From the NCBI GenBank assembly GCA_963666315.2, contig CAXXHG010000039.1:64001-128000 (forward strand): 64,000 bases of DNA, in the 5' to 3' direction. Positions 42,115-54,810 of the stretch are shown here, in pieces. This stretch comes from Candidatus Binatia bacterium (GTDB taxonomy: Bacteria > Desulfobacterota > Binatia > Bin18). Below the pieces are notes generated by a model that saw only the letters and a program-made list of their open reading frames with translations, was not told the origin of the DNA and searched no databases. A program made the translations under genes and the position numbers. Position 1 is the stretch's first letter, and each line of letters opens with the position of its first letter.

Positions 42115-42222
42115 ATATCAATATATGCAAGCCTGGCCCTCTTGAACCTCCTTGTTAGTCCTCCCCCCTGTCAGAGTTCCGTTACTGAGCGTCGCCTTCC
42201 CACATGTTTTGGCCGTTCTTCT

Positions 42223-42486
42223 TTAATGCTCGGTCTGCATGAGTCTCTCGGCAGTACCGCGTGTCACGTCTAGCTGAACTTGGATCAGTCGCCCGTTGTC
42301 TGTCACGGACTGCTGTATAGCTGTACTGATTTGCGCCAGGATGTTCAGCTGACGTGCCATAAGCCGGGTTTCTTGGCGAGTATCTTTTGTTGTCTCGCCT
42401 TGCTCTGCAATGCGCTTGTCCAGTGATTCCAGCTTGCTTTGTAGCGCCGCGAGCTGCTTGTGTAACTTTGTTAGATTTGTTGCCAC
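42223..42486 (-). CDS. Small coiled-coil hypothetical protein
   Basis: 87 aa with heptad pattern; GGAGG RBS. Confidence 0.5.
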   Translation of the reverse strand: MATNLTKLHKQLAALQSKLESLDKRIAEQGETTKDTRQETRLMARQLNILAQISTAIQQSVTDNGRLIQVQLDVTRGTAERLMQTEH

Positions 42487-42489
42487 GGC

Positions 42490-42687
42490 CGTATGCCTCC
42501 CTCGTGGTTGTGATGAGGGCTACGACTTTTTCACTCCAGAGTCAATAGAAAATCTTCACCAACACCACGCACTCATTTTAAGACGTATGAGGTCCTTATA
42601 GATGGGATAGGGAAGAATGACCTCAGTTGGTTTCCCTTGGGCATTCATGACTATTTTGGCCTTGCTGGCAATAGTATCTGCTTGCAT
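42490..42687 (-). pseudogene. Type II toxin-antitoxin-like remnant
   Basis: MQADT...NAQGKPTEVILPYPIYKDL (antitoxin-like), followed by FSIDSGVKK/VVALITTTREAY (RelE-like C-terminus). Confidence 0.4.
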
Positions 42688-42836
42688 AAAACGTTTTCCT
42701 CGTGGCTCGCTTTATGCAGCATCTTCTCCATCATGAGATGGCTCAGGCGAGCAGAGTGATCGAAATTATTGACATTTTCACACGTCCGGGATTGACAGAG
42801 GAAAAGAAGGTCGGGTAAGTACTTCACTTACTTTGT

Positions 42837-42920
42837 GCGAAAGTGGCGGAAATGGCAGACGCGCAGGATTCAGGATCCTGTGGGGTAAAACCCGTGGGGG
42901 TTCAAGTCCCCCCTTTCGCA
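42837..42920 (+). tRNA. tRNA-Leu(CAG), CCA not encoded
   Basis: Acceptor stem GCGAAAG/CTTTCGC; anticodon arm CAGGA-TTCAGGA-TCCTG; long variable arm; GTTCAAGTC T-loop. Confidence 0.95.
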
Positions 42921-42927
42921 TGAGTCA

Positions 42928-42962
42928 GGGGGCTTTTCTCAATATGAGAGAAGCCCCTTTTT
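42928..42962 (+). terminator. Intrinsic terminator after tRNA-Leu
   Basis: GGGGCTTTTCTCA/TGAGAGAAGCCCC stem followed by TTTTT. Confidence 0.8.
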
Positions 42963-43040
42963 GATGTGACTCCCGCTGTGTAAAGCCGTACCCCAATTGC
43001 GCTAGACTGCTTCCTCAAGGAGGCGTCAAGGAGAAGTCTG

Positions 43041-46000
43041 ATGCCCAACGAAGTGGCGGCCCATTACGATCCGGCCGGATTGGAAAAAACAATCGCCCAG
43101 CAGTGGGCGGAGACCAAGCCCTTTGCCGCCACGCCGGACGAGAACGACAGGCGCTATGTGATTATGATGCCGCTGCCCAACGTGACTGGCGCGCTGCATA
43201 TGGGCCACGCCATGGACAACGTGATGCAGGACATGCTGACGCGCTGGCACCGCATGCTGGGTGACAATGCGTTGTGGATGGCGGGGACCGATCATGCCGG
43301 TATAGCGACCCAGGCGGTAGTGGAAAAGCGGCTGTTTGAGCTGGAAGGCAAAACGCGGCGCGACATAGGGCGCGAGGCCCTGGTGGGGCGGATTTGGGAC
43401 TGGAAGGAACAGTATCAGACCCGCATTGTGAGCCAACAGCAGGCCATGGGCTGCTCGTGTGACTGGGACCGGCAGCGCTTTACCATGGATAAGGTTTGCG
43501 AGCGGGCGGTGTATTGGACCTTCTTTCATCTGTTTCGCGACAGTCTGATTTTTCGCGGGACGCGCATGGTCAACTGGGACTGTCATTTGCAAACCGCAGT
43601 AGCGGATGACGAAATTATCTATGAAAGCGTACAGGGCCATTTTTGGCATCTGCGCTATCCGGTGATTGATCCCCAGCCGGGTGAGCTTGAATCCGTTGCG
43701 GTGGCTACAACTCGGCCTGAGACCATGCTGGGCGATACTGCGGTTGCCTGCCACCCCGACCCTCGTGGGGCGCTTGAGGAATTGATCGTTAAAACCAAAG
43801 AACGGCTGTCTCGGGCCAGTCAAAAAGACACAGCTGAGCTTGAAGCGGAAATTGAGCGACTTGAAAAACGGCGTGTAACGCATCTGCCGCAGCTGGAGCA
43901 ATTAACGGCCATGGCCGAGGCGGGTCGTATGGTGCGCTTGCCGCTGCTCGACCGTCCCATTCCCCTCATCTGTGACCAGTGGGCCAAGCCGGGGTTAGGC
44001 AGTGGGTGTGTGAAAATCACACCGGGCCATGACCCCAACGACTACGAGGTGTGGGGCCGGCACCAAGAACAGATCGGCATCATCAATATTCTCAACATAG
44101 ACGGTACGCTGAATGACAACGCCGGGCCGTATCAAGGACTCGACCGTTTTGATGCGCGAGAGAAAGTCGTCGCAGATCTCAAGTCCCAGGGTTTGCTTGA
44201 GGCTATTGAAGACCGTGAGATTGAGATTGGCCACTCCGACCGGTCCAAGACGCGGGTTGAGCCCTATCTGTCGGAGCAGTGGTTCGTGCGGATGGGTGAC
44301 GTAGACGGGGGCGTGATGTGTGGCCGGGGGACGCAGAACGAGTTTGTTGCGCCCGGACTGGCCCAGGCGGCGATTGATGCTGCGCAGGGTGAGTGGCGTT
44401 CGCCGAGTGGAAGAAACGTCTCTTTTCACCCTGATATTCGCTATCGCAATACCTATATCAGCTGGCTCGCTGAGAAGCGCGACTGGTGTATCAGTCGCCA
44501 ACTCTGGTGGGGGCATCGGATTCCCATTTGGTCAGGAAAATTCCAAGGACGGGTCTTACAAGAAAAACTGGCCTGGCTGGCTCCCTATCTGAGTCGCGCA
44601 GACGTTGTCGCCCAGCTCCAGATGGACGAGACAACCGAAGTGCTGCAGCCAGACAGCCTGGAACGGCACATTGCCCACATTGCTCAAATTGACGAGAATG
44701 CCGGCGCTCAAATCCTGGTGTGTTTGCGAGAGCCTGCAATCCAGACGGACACTGCAGGAGAATTTGAAATCGCCGGCTTTGTCCGCGATCCTGACGTCTT
44801 GGATACCTGGTTTTCCAGCGGGCTGTGGCCCCACAGCACGCTGGGCTGGCCCGATCCGGATACGGCCGCAATCGACCCTGGCCAATCGCCATTAGGCAAA
44901 CAAAATGGTGCCGACGACTGTTTGTCGTACTACTATCCGGGCTCGTGCCTGGTTACTGGACGTGACATCATTACGCTGTGGGTGGCGCGCATGGTCTTGA
45001 TGGGCCTGTATAATCTCGGAGATCTGCCGTTCACGGATGTCTTCATCCACGCCACGATTATGGATGGCAAGGGTGAGCGGATGAGTAAGTCGAAAGGCAA
45101 CGGCATCGATCCGGTTGATATCATCGAACGCTATGGCTGCGATGCCATGCGCTATGTGCTGTGTGAGATGCAGACCGGCTCGCAAGATATTCGTCTACCC
45201 ATCCAGGCGATTTCTCCTTTTACCAATAAGCCGGTCGATCTGGCCAAGGCCGAGCATGGCAGCACCATCTTTACCTATCTCTGCCCCGAAAGCGGGAAAG
45301 AGTTTGACGTGCTGGGTACCATGCCGGATGTCCCTGCAGCCAAACTCATCAGTGAACGTTTTGAGGTCGGCCGGCATTTTTGTAACAAGCTGTGGAACGC
45401 CGTCCGCTTCGCCCTGCTCAATCTTGAGCAGACGTCGTTTGTCCCGCGCGCGCCCACAGAGTTGCCGTTTGAAGATCGTTGGATATTATCGCGCCTCACG
45501 CGGGCTATTGCCGAAGTCCAGCATCAGCTTGAGGTCTATAATCCATCGGCTGCGATCTCGACTGCGCGCGATTTCTTTTGGTCTGAACTGTGCGACTGGT
45601 ATTTAGAGATGATTAAGCCGCGCTTGCGTGAGGCGGGCGAAGCGGACAGCGCGAGACAGGTCTTAGCCTTTAGCCTCGACCAGGTGCTCAGGCTCTTTCA
45701 ACCGTTCATCCCGTTCATTACCGACTTCTTATGGCAGCGACTGAGTGAACACGCAGCGCAGCGCGGTATTGACCGACAGCTCCACACGCCGGAATCGATT
45801 GCCCGTGCGCAGTGGCCGCAGGCGAATCCAGGCTGGCAGGATGACGCACTAGAGCAGCGTGTCGGCTTTCTGCAGGAGGTTATTCGCGCCATTCGCGACA
45901 TCCGCAGCCAGTATACCGTGCCTCCTAAGCAACGGGTGCAGGTGCGCATCAAGACCTCGGGTGCAACGCCTGAAATCCTCAACGAGGGGATGTCTCATAT

Positions 46001-46313
46001 CTGTAGCCTGGCTAGTGTAGAGTCGGTCGAAATTGCGCCGGATGCGAAGCGGACGCACGACTCGGCAACCGCAGTGGTCGGTGAAGTCGAGATCTACGTC
46101 CTGGGTGTTATTGATGTGGACAAAGAACGCGTCCGACTGAACGGACAGATCAAAAAGCTGACTGGTCCGCTTGAGGGCGTGCGAAAAAAGCTCGGCAACC
46201 AGAAATTCCTGTCCCGAGCAAAGCCTGAAGTTGTCGAGCGCGAACGAGCCAAGCTAGTGGATATGGAGTCGCAGTTGAGTACGCTAAACGAACACCTGCA
46301 AGAGTTGGGGTAA
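43041..46313 (+). CDS. valS: Valine--tRNA ligase (long form with insertions)
   Basis: PNVTGALHMGH, DWCISRQLWWGH, DVLDTWFSS and MSKSKGN. Confidence 0.97.
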   Translation: MPNEVAAHYDPAGLEKTIAQQWAETKPFAATPDENDRRYVIMMPLPNVTGALHMGHAMDNVMQDMLTRWHRMLGDNALWMAGTDHAGIATQAVVEKRLFELEGKTRRDIGREALVGRIWDWKEQYQTRIVSQQQAMGCSCDWDRQRFTMDKVCERAVYWTFFHLFRDSLIFRGTRMVNWDCHLQTAVADDEIIYESVQGHFWHLRYPVIDPQPGELESVAVATTRPETMLGDTAVACHPDPRGALEELIVKTKERLSRASQKDTAELEAEIERLEKRRVTHLPQLEQLTAMAEAGRMVRLPLLDRPIPLICDQWAKPGLGSGCVKITPGHDPNDYEVWGRHQEQIGIINILNIDGTLNDNAGPYQGLDRFDAREKVVADLKSQGLLEAIEDREIEIGHSDRSKTRVEPYLSEQWFVRMGDVDGGVMCGRGTQNEFVAPGLAQAAIDAAQGEWRSPSGRNVSFHPDIRYRNTYISWLAEKRDWCISRQLWWGHRIPIWSGKFQGRVLQEKLAWLAPYLSRADVVAQLQMDETTEVLQPDSLERHIAHIAQIDENAGAQILVCLREPAIQTDTAGEFEIAGFVRDPDVLDTWFSSGLWPHSTLGWPDPDTAAIDPGQSPLGKQNGADDCLSYYYPGSCLVTGRDIITLWVARMVLMGLYNLGDLPFTDVFIHATIMDGKGERMSKSKGNGIDPVDIIERYGCDAMRYVLCEMQTGSQDIRLPIQAISPFTNKPVDLAKAEHGSTIFTYLCPESGKEFDVLGTMPDVPAAKLISERFEVGRHFCNKLWNAVRFALLNLEQTSFVPRAPTELPFEDRWILSRLTRAIAEVQHQLEVYNPSAAISTARDFFWSELCDWYLEMIKPRLREAGEADSARQVLAFSLDQVLRLFQPFIPFITDFLWQRLSEHAAQRGIDRQLHTPESIARAQWPQANPGWQDDALEQRVGFLQEVIRAIRDIRSQYTVPPKQRVQVRIKTSGATPEILNEGMSHICSLASVESVEIAPDAKRTHDSATAVVGEVEIYVLGVIDVDKERVRLNGQIKKLTGPLEGVRKKLGNQKFLSRAKPEVVERERAKLVDMESQLSTLNEHLQELG

Positions 46314-46485
46314 CACGGAGCATCCACGCCGAGAGGCGAGATTCTTCGTTTCACTCAGAATGACAGAACCGGGGGCCGCTGGATATTCGGATAGGCACTA
46401 AATCCCTATCTTCCAGTCCCTAACCCCCAACCCCTAGTCTCTAGAGCCTTGTCCCCGCGTAGCTGGGTGTATACAGTCCTAAGCC

Positions 46486-47355
46486 ATGCACCCGTTTGAC
46501 CATCCGGCTATTGCACGGCTGATTACGCTCGCTCTGGAAGAAGATATCGGCCGTGGGGATGCCACGACCTTGGCGACGATCCCGCCAGATCAGACCGCGC
46601 GAGGCAAAATAACAGCCAAAGCGGATGTCACGATTGCAGGCCTACCGTTGATCCTCATGGTCTTGCAGCAAGTCGATCACACCGCAGGCGTGCGACTGTT
46701 AGTGGCGGAGGGCGACCGGGTCTCACAAGGCGAGGTGGTTGTCGAGCTGTGGGGTGTGGCGACTGGCTTGTTAGCTGCCGAACGGCCCCTGCTTAATTTT
46801 CTGCAGCACTTGTCTGGAGTTGCGACACTGACCCGGCAGTTCGTTGAGGCCGTGGCAGGGACGAATTGCGACATTACCGACACCCGAAAAACGCTGCCCG
46901 GTTTCCGCCTGCTTGATAAATATGCGGTCGGCAAGGGAGGGGGGAAAAACCACCGGCTCGGGCTCGATGACGGCGTATTAATTAAAGACAATCATATTGC
47001 CGTGTGTGGCGGCGTTGGGGCCGCTGTGCGCCAGGCACGCAGCCAGGCTTCACCCTGGTTGCGGATCGAAGTCGAATGTACAACGCTTGAAGAGGTGCAC
47101 GAGGCGCTCGATGCTCAGGCGGATATTATTTTGCTAGATAATATGACCACCGCCCTGATGGGTGAGGCGGTGGAATATCTCAATAACCGTACCTTGGTTG
47201 AAGCCTCAGGCAATATGTCTCTTGATCGCGTTCGTGAAGTGGCTGAAACCGGCGTGGATTTTATCTCAGTCGGCGCGCTGACCCACTCGGCTCCGGCGGC
47301 AGATTTGAGTATGGCGGTGACCTGCGAAGCAGTGGCCTGTAAGGAGTCGCGCTAA
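46486..47355 (+). CDS. nadC: Quinolinate phosphoribosyltransferase
   Basis: DTRKT, NHRLGL, LIKDNH, LLDNM and EASG. Confidence 0.95.
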   Translation: MHPFDHPAIARLITLALEEDIGRGDATTLATIPPDQTARGKITAKADVTIAGLPLILMVLQQVDHTAGVRLLVAEGDRVSQGEVVVELWGVATGLLAAERPLLNFLQHLSGVATLTRQFVEAVAGTNCDITDTRKTLPGFRLLDKYAVGKGGGKNHRLGLDDGVLIKDNHIAVCGGVGAAVRQARSQASPWLRIEVECTTLEEVHEALDAQADIILLDNMTTALMGEAVEYLNNRTLVEASGNMSLDRVREVAETGVDFISVGALTHSAPAADLSMAVTCEAVACKESR

Positions 47356-47372
47356 GCCCGGAGTCCTAGACC

Positions 47373-48236
47373 ATGGATGACGTTTCTGAGCAAGGTTTTG
47401 GTGCTGCCCTTACGTCTCAACTCTCTACCCGTTTCCTTGGTCGGCCCCTTCATTTTTTCGACTCGATAGACTCGACGAATACGTATGCCTCTTGCTTAGC
47501 TCGGGCTGGGGCTGCTGAGGGCACGATTGTTATTGCTGATACCCAAACCGCGGGAAAAGGGCGCTTAGGCCGGTACTGGGTTTCACCACCCGGGGTGAAT
47601 CTCTATCTTTCGGTCATTCTTCGACCGTCAAAATCTGCTGCTTCTGCCCCGCAGTTAAGCTTGCTGGCCGCGGTAGCTGTCGCCGAGACGATTGCCCAGC
47701 ACATTCAACTGTCTCCGGCCATAAAATGGCCGAACGATGTCTTGGTCTCTGGGAAAAAGGTGTGTGGCATTCTGACCGAGATGCAGACCAAAGCGCGCGG
47801 CCTTCAGGCCGTCATTCTCGGCATAGGCGTTAATATTAATGCGCCGCTTTCGGCTTTTCCTGAAGAGTTGCGGGTGAAGGCTGCTTCGCTGCTTGGCGTC
47901 AACGGACAGCTGATCGATCGGGTTGCATTTACCGCACATTTGCTGACCCGCCTTGAGAAATTGTACGTTCTGTGGCTAGAAGGAGGATTCCCGGTCGTAC
48001 GATCAGCCTGGGAAGGCTATGCGGCAGATTTGCTGGGCAAGCCGATTGTGATTGCCGCTCCTGAAGGGACGATAGCGGGCACCGCGCTTGGTATTGACCA
48101 GGACGGAGCGCTCCTTGTCCAACTTGTCCGAGAAGGGCAAGAAGAGCAGGCTGGGCAGCCTGGTGCTATTCGTCGGGTGCTCGCCGGAGATGTGACCGTA
48201 GTCGGTGGCTATCGAAAGACTGACGGGATGAACTGA
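47373..48236 (+). CDS. birA: Biotin protein ligase (no N-terminal HTH)
   Basis: [20 protein letters not shown] and KVCGIL. Confidence 0.95.
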   Translation: MDDVSEQGFGAALTSQLSTRFLGRPLHFFDSIDSTNTYASCLARAGAAEGTIVIADTQTAGKGRLGRYWVSPPGVNLYLSVILRPSKSAASAPQLSLLAAVAVAETIAQHIQLSPAIKWPNDVLVSGKKVCGILTEMQTKARGLQAVILGIGVNINAPLSAFPEELRVKAASLLGVNGQLIDRVAFTAHLLTRLEKLYVLWLEGGFPVVRSAWEGYAADLLGKPIVIAAPEGTIAGTALGIDQDGALLVQLVREGQEEQAGQPGAIRRVLAGDVTVVGGYRKTDGMN

Positions 48237-48243
48237 GACACGC

Positions 48244-49008
48244 ATGATACTCGCCGTTGACGTGGGCAATACGCATACAGTCGCCGGTCTCTACCAAGGC
48301 AAGACCCTCGCCTACCACTGGCGGTTTCTGACTGAGGCCGAGCGGACGGCGGATGAGTACGGGGTATTGCTGCAGAGCCTGTTTGCTTCGTGTGAACTGA
48401 GCCTGTCGTGTGTTGATGGCATCGTGGTGTCCAGCGTTGTTCCCCCAATGTTGAAAACGGTTGAGGAACTCGCGCAGAAATACTTTCATATTGTCCCTCT
48501 GATCGTTGGACCGGGCGTAAAGACCGGCATGCCGATTCTGTACGATAATCCAAGTGAAGTGGGGGCGGACCGCATTGTCAACGCGGTGGCGGCATACGAA
48601 CGCTACCAGAGAGCCACCATTGTTGTCGATTTCGGTACGGCCACAACGTTTGATTATATAACCCAGGCTGGGGAATATCTGGGTGGGGCCATCGTCCCGG
48701 GAGTGGGGATCTCCTTGGACGCGCTCTTTCACAAAACCGCCAAACTGTATCGGGTTGAGCTGGTTAGACCACCCAAGGTCATTGGGCGGAATACGGTCAA
48801 CGCGATCCAATCCGGGATTTTTTACGGCTATACCGCCCTCGTGGATGGGATGGTTGAGCGCATTCGAAAGGAAAACGATGCCCAGGCACGGGTCATTGCC
48901 ACAGGCGGATTTGCCCAGCTCATTGCCGCGGATTCCCGGACGATTGAAGAGGTGGATGAGTTCGTGACGCTTGAGGGACTGCGTATTCTGTATGAACGGA
49001 ATCATTAA
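48244..49008 (+). CDS. coaX: Type III pantothenate kinase
   Basis: DVGNT, GADR, DFGTAT and ATGG. Confidence 0.95.
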   Translation: MILAVDVGNTHTVAGLYQGKTLAYHWRFLTEAERTADEYGVLLQSLFASCELSLSCVDGIVVSSVVPPMLKTVEELAQKYFHIVPLIVGPGVKTGMPILYDNPSEVGADRIVNAVAAYERYQRATIVVDFGTATTFDYITQAGEYLGGAIVPGVGISLDALFHKTAKLYRVELVRPPKVIGRNTVNAIQSGIFYGYTALVDGMVERIRKENDAQARVIATGGFAQLIAADSRTIEEVDEFVTLEGLRILYERNH

Positions 49009-49099
49009 AAGAAGAATCTGAAGGCACGGCGCTGTCTAGTACAGTAATTGCGTAATGATTGCCCCATGATTGCACCGCGCTGGCAATAAGGAGGGAAAC

Positions 49100-51185
49100 A
49101 TGGCCGTCGGGGATATGAGCCGGATACGAACCGTTGGACTGCTGGGCGAGGGTGGCGCCGGGAAGACGACGTTGGGCGAAGCGCTCCTCTATGCTGCCGG
49201 TGCAACAACTCGTCAGGGACGCGTAGACGATGAAAGCTCAGTGCTCGATTTTGAGCCCGAAGAGATGCGGCGGAAAGCAACACTGTCAACCGCATTTCAT
49301 ACCCTCGGGTGGAAAAAACACGATATCTGCCTGGTTGACCCGCCTGGATATGCCAATTTTCTGCCGGACACACGCTATGCCATGGAGGCCATGAGTGCTG
49401 CAATTTTTGTGGCCAGTCCGACCGGCCATCTCAAAGTTGAGGGGGAGCGGTTGTGGAACTGGGCCAAAGATATGAGCATCGCTCGTATCGTTGTGTTTGT
49501 CCAAGATGGATCGTGAGGAAGGTGAATTCGGCCAGGCCATAGCCGCGTTGGGCAGTACCCTTGAAACGACGCTCGTGCCGATTCAGATTCCTATTGGAGC
49601 GCAGGCTGATTTCCGTGGCGTGGTAGACCTGCTCACCATGAAAGCATTGATATTTGAAGGGGATAACGGCGCAGTCACAACCGAAGATATTCCTAGCGAG
49701 GTGCAAGGCCAGGCGGATGAATATCGTGAAAAGCTGCTTGAGGCCGTGGTAGAGACCAATGACGACTTGCTGACACGCTACCTGGAGGGCGAGGAACTCA
49801 GCACAGACGAGATTACCCAGGCCTTGCGTGAGGCGGTTGCCTTAGTTCAAATCTTTCCCGTTCTGTGTGTATCCGGGGGGCAAGCCTTAGGCGTGCAGCC
49901 CGTGTTGGATGCGGTTATCACCCTCTTGCCCTCCCCAGCCGCACGTGCGCCTGTGACGGGGACCAACCCGAAAACCCAGGAAGGAGTCGTATGCGCGCCC
50001 GACCCGGATGCCGCGTTTTCCGCCCGCGTGTTCAAAACTTTGGATTCCCCGACAGGCAAACTGTCGATGTTATGTGTAGTCTCGGGCCATATCGACAGCG
50101 ACTCGGTTGTGTACAACCCGACGCGTGACAAAAAAGAGCGTCTTGGCCAGCTTTTTCATCTCGAAGGGAAAAAGCAAAACCCTGTAGCAACCGCGTTGCC
50201 TGGAGATATTATCGGCGTCGCCAAGCTCAAAGAGACGCATACCGGCGACACGCTGTGCGCTGAAAAAAATCCGGTCGTCCTTCCTCCGCTCGTTGACTTT
50301 CATCCGGTTATCTCGTTTGCCCTTGAGTTGAAAGCGCGCGGAGACGAGGAAAAAATTATGACCTCGCTGGACCGTCTCACCGAAGAAGACCCGGCGCTTC
50401 ATATAGACCGCGATCAGCAGTCCAATGAAATCTTGATTTCCGGTGCAGGCCAACTCCATATTGAAGTGGTGGTCGAAAGACTTAAGCGGAAATACGGAGT
50501 TGAAGTCGAACTCAAAGCCCCGAAGGTCCCGTATCGCGAAACCATTACCATTAAGACCGAGGCCCGAGGACGGCTGAAGAAGCAGTCGGGCGGACGCGGA
50601 CAATTTGGCGACACGTGGCTCCGCGTCGTGCCTTTACCGCGCGGCAAAGGCTTTGAATTTATTAATAAAATTAAAGGTGGCGCGGTCCCCAGGCAGTATA
50701 TCCCGTCGGTTGAAAAAGGGGTCGTTGATGCCCTCGGTAAAGGCTTTTTGGCCGGGTACCCAATTGTCGATGTTGAGGTCGCTCTGTATGACGGGTCCTA
50801 TCACGATGTGGACTCGTCTGACATGGCTTTTCAGATTGCCGGGTCTATCGGGATCCAGAATGCAATGGAAAAGGCCAAGCCTGTTCTGCTCGAACCTATT
50901 ATGCATTTGGATATCACTGTGCCCGAACAGTATACGGGCGATATCACCGGCGATGTCAATCGCCGGCGCGGACGGCTGGTCAGTGTCGATGCCAAGGGCC
51001 ATAATCAGATCATCAAAGCCTCTATTCCTATGGCTGAGATTATGTCGTATGCGCCTGATTTGCGATCTATGACCAGTGGGCGCGGGACGTTTGAGACCGG
51101 ATTCTCGCATTATGACCAGGTGCCGCAGCATTTGACGGAGAAAATTATCCAAGAAGTGAAGCAAGCGCGGGAGGAACACAGCTAA
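49100..51185 (+). pseudogene. fusA: Elongation factor G paralogue (EF-G2-like), frameshifted near 49490
   Basis: Non-canonical G1 GEGGAGKTT; KKQSGGRGQFG and DGSYHDVDSS; split over two frames. Confidence 0.85.
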
Positions 51186-51307
51186 GTGCAGGCTGAACGG
51201 TTTGTTTTCAGAGCGCCGTATGAAACCGTAAGACCGTAGAGACGTTGACAACCTGAGTCGGGTTGTACTAGAGTCCTCTTTTGGCTTTATTTTCAGGAGG
51301 GCTGCTT

Positions 51308-51538
51308 ATGGATGCAAGAGAAGATGCACTGATCCGTTCCCTACTCGACACGGAGCCTGAGCTTCGTCGCCATTATGAGGAGCATACTCAGCTTAAAGAA
51401 CGTCTCCAAGAACTCAGACAAAAGCCTTTCCTGACTGAAGAAGAAGAGAGAGAAGAAAAAACAATCCAAAAACAGAAACTGGCCGGCAAAGACAGGATGA
51501 TGGAAATCCTGTCTCGCCATAAACAGCAAGCGGCATAA
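51308..51538 (+). CDS. DUF465/YdcH family protein
   Basis: EEH...KQKLAGKDRM; AGGAGG RBS. Confidence 0.75.
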   Translation: MDAREDALIRSLLDTEPELRRHYEEHTQLKERLQELRQKPFLTEEEEREEKTIQKQKLAGKDRMMEILSRHKQQAA

Positions 51539-51649
51539 CGGAGAGCAAACTCACCTGCTTCTCCTGCTATCCTGAGTCGAGACGCAGTCTGCCGACACTG
51601 GTCTGGTGCGGCACCGGCTCGTCGGACTCTATTCAGAACGACAGCATAC

Positions 51650-53217
<1,568 letters not shown>

Positions 53218-53261
53218 TTGAGGGATTAGGGGTTGGGGGATAGGGACTGGTAGTATTCGCA

Positions 53262-53921
53262 ATGCATTTCGCACGTGAGGGATATGGATGGATCTCCGGA
53301 CTGGGTGCCCTATCCCTCATACTCGGTCTCTTAGATTGGCAACCCTTTGGTTGGCTGATTTTCGGGCTGACCCTGTTTGTTGCCTTTTTCTTTCGCGACC
53401 CTGACCGCGCTATTCCCGATGACGAACGCTTTATTGTTGCACCGGCGGATGGACGTGTTATCACTATCGAACAGAACGCCCAGGGCAAATATTTCTCTGA
53501 GCAACCGTCCTCTCGCGTAGGTATTTTCCTGTCTCCGCTCGACGTCCACGTGAATCGTGTCCCGATCTCCGGCCAGGTGACGCAAATCCAGTATCAAGCC
53601 GGGAAATTCCATGCGGCGTTTGCGTCTGATGCAGCGGAGGTAAACGAGCAAAATGCAGTGATGTTACAGGATGCTCAGGGCCGACACTTCATCGTGGTTC
53701 AAATCGCGGGTATGCTGGCCAGGCGTATTGTGTGCCGACTCAAAGATGGTGAGCAGGTTCAGCAGGGTGATCGGTATGGCATGATTATGTTAGGCTCCCG
53801 GGTTGATCTGTACTGTCCAGCAGAGGTGGAATTAAAGGTTGAAGTAGGCCAACGGGTGAAGGCTGGTGAGACGATCATCGGCGAGTACCGCAGCGCCACT
53901 AAAAGCTTCGTGTCGTCATGA
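53262..53921 (+). CDS. psd: Phosphatidylserine decarboxylase
   Basis: FFRDP, APADG, DVHVNR and LGSRVD. Confidence 0.92.
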   Translation: MHFAREGYGWISGLGALSLILGLLDWQPFGWLIFGLTLFVAFFFRDPDRAIPDDERFIVAPADGRVITIEQNAQGKYFSEQPSSRVGIFLSPLDVHVNRVPISGQVTQIQYQAGKFHAAFASDAAEVNEQNAVMLQDAQGRHFIVVQIAGMLARRIVCRLKDGEQVQQGDRYGMIMLGSRVDLYCPAEVELKVEVGQRVKAGETIIGEYRSATKSFVSS

Positions 53922-54799
53922 ATACACGAAAAAAAATTGGACGTCTGCCTACCTCCAAGAAAATGCGGCCCCCTTTGCGCAAAGGGGTCTATCTGCTACC
54001 CAATCTGTTTACGACCGGTGGGCTGTTGTGTGGCTTCTACGCGATCATTGCGACGATCAAGGGCGACTTCCGGGTTGCTGCGACCGCAGTGCTGATCGCC
54101 CTCATCTTTGACGCGCTGGATGGACGTATTGCCCGCATGACGAAGACCTCAAGCCAGTTTGGCGCGGAATATGATTCCCTGTCTGACTTAGTGGCTTTTG
54201 GCGTCGCCCCCGGCGTATTGGCGTACCGCTGGGCTTTAGAGCCGTGGGGAGCGTGGGGCTGGCTGGCTGCCGCTCTCTACGTTGTGTGTGGCGCACTCCG
54301 ACTCGCTCGCTTCAATGTCCAGACTGCAGTGGTGGAGAAAGACAGCTTTGTCGGACTGCCGATACCTGCGGCTGCCGCAGGTATCGCCACAACGATTTGG
54401 CTCTACTACTTCCTCGGAGGCGAAGGAACGACAAGTAAACACCTGACCTTACTCCTCCTGGTGTCTGTGCTGGCCGGCTTGATGATCAGCACGATCCGCT
54501 ACGCGAGCTTCAAAGACCTCAACCTGCGCGACCGCCAGCCGTTTGGGCTCCTTGTTGTGGGCATTATTCTTCTGCTGTTCACGATCGCGGAGCCGCAGAT
54601 TATGCTGTTTAGTCTCGCGACTGTGTATGTCTTGTCAGGCCCGCTGGGGATGATTCCGCATTGGTGGAAGAAGCGCGCTCAACCTGAACAAGAGACTAGT
54701 ATCGCTGTTGTCCATCCCGAACGCGTACGGGAAGAGTCGCCACACCGGTCGCTTGCGCATGCCCATTCACTTGACAAAGAGAAAAAGGGTTCGGTATAA
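53918..54799 (+). CDS. pssA: CDP-diacylglycerol--serine O-phosphatidyltransferase
   Basis: PNLFT, DGRIAR...G.EYDSLSD and LRLARFN. Confidence 0.93.
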   Translation: MNTRKKIGRLPTSKKMRPPLRKGVYLLPNLFTTGGLLCGFYAIIATIKGDFRVAATAVLIALIFDALDGRIARMTKTSSQFGAEYDSLSDLVAFGVAPGVLAYRWALEPWGAWGWLAAALYVVCGALRLARFNVQTAVVEKDSFVGLPIPAAAAGIATTIWLYYFLGGEGTTSKHLTLLLLVSVLAGLMISTIRYASFKDLNLRDRQPFGLLVVGIILLLFTIAEPQIMLFSLATVYVLSGPLGMIPHWWKKRAQPEQETSIAVVHPERVREESPHRSLAHAHSLDKEKKGSV

Positions 54800-54800
54800 C
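54771..54800 (+). promoter_or_regulatory. Sigma70 promoter for the leu leader and leuA
   Basis: TTGACA-18 bp-TATAAC inside the pssA 3' end. Confidence 0.7.
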
Positions 54801-54810
54801 AGAAAACAGC

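Noticed and set aside
51245-51274. Promoter with ACAACC-N7-GGTTGT palindrome upstream of DUF465
   Set aside because: TTGACA is present but the -10 is weak and no cognate regulator can be assigned; too little support to call.
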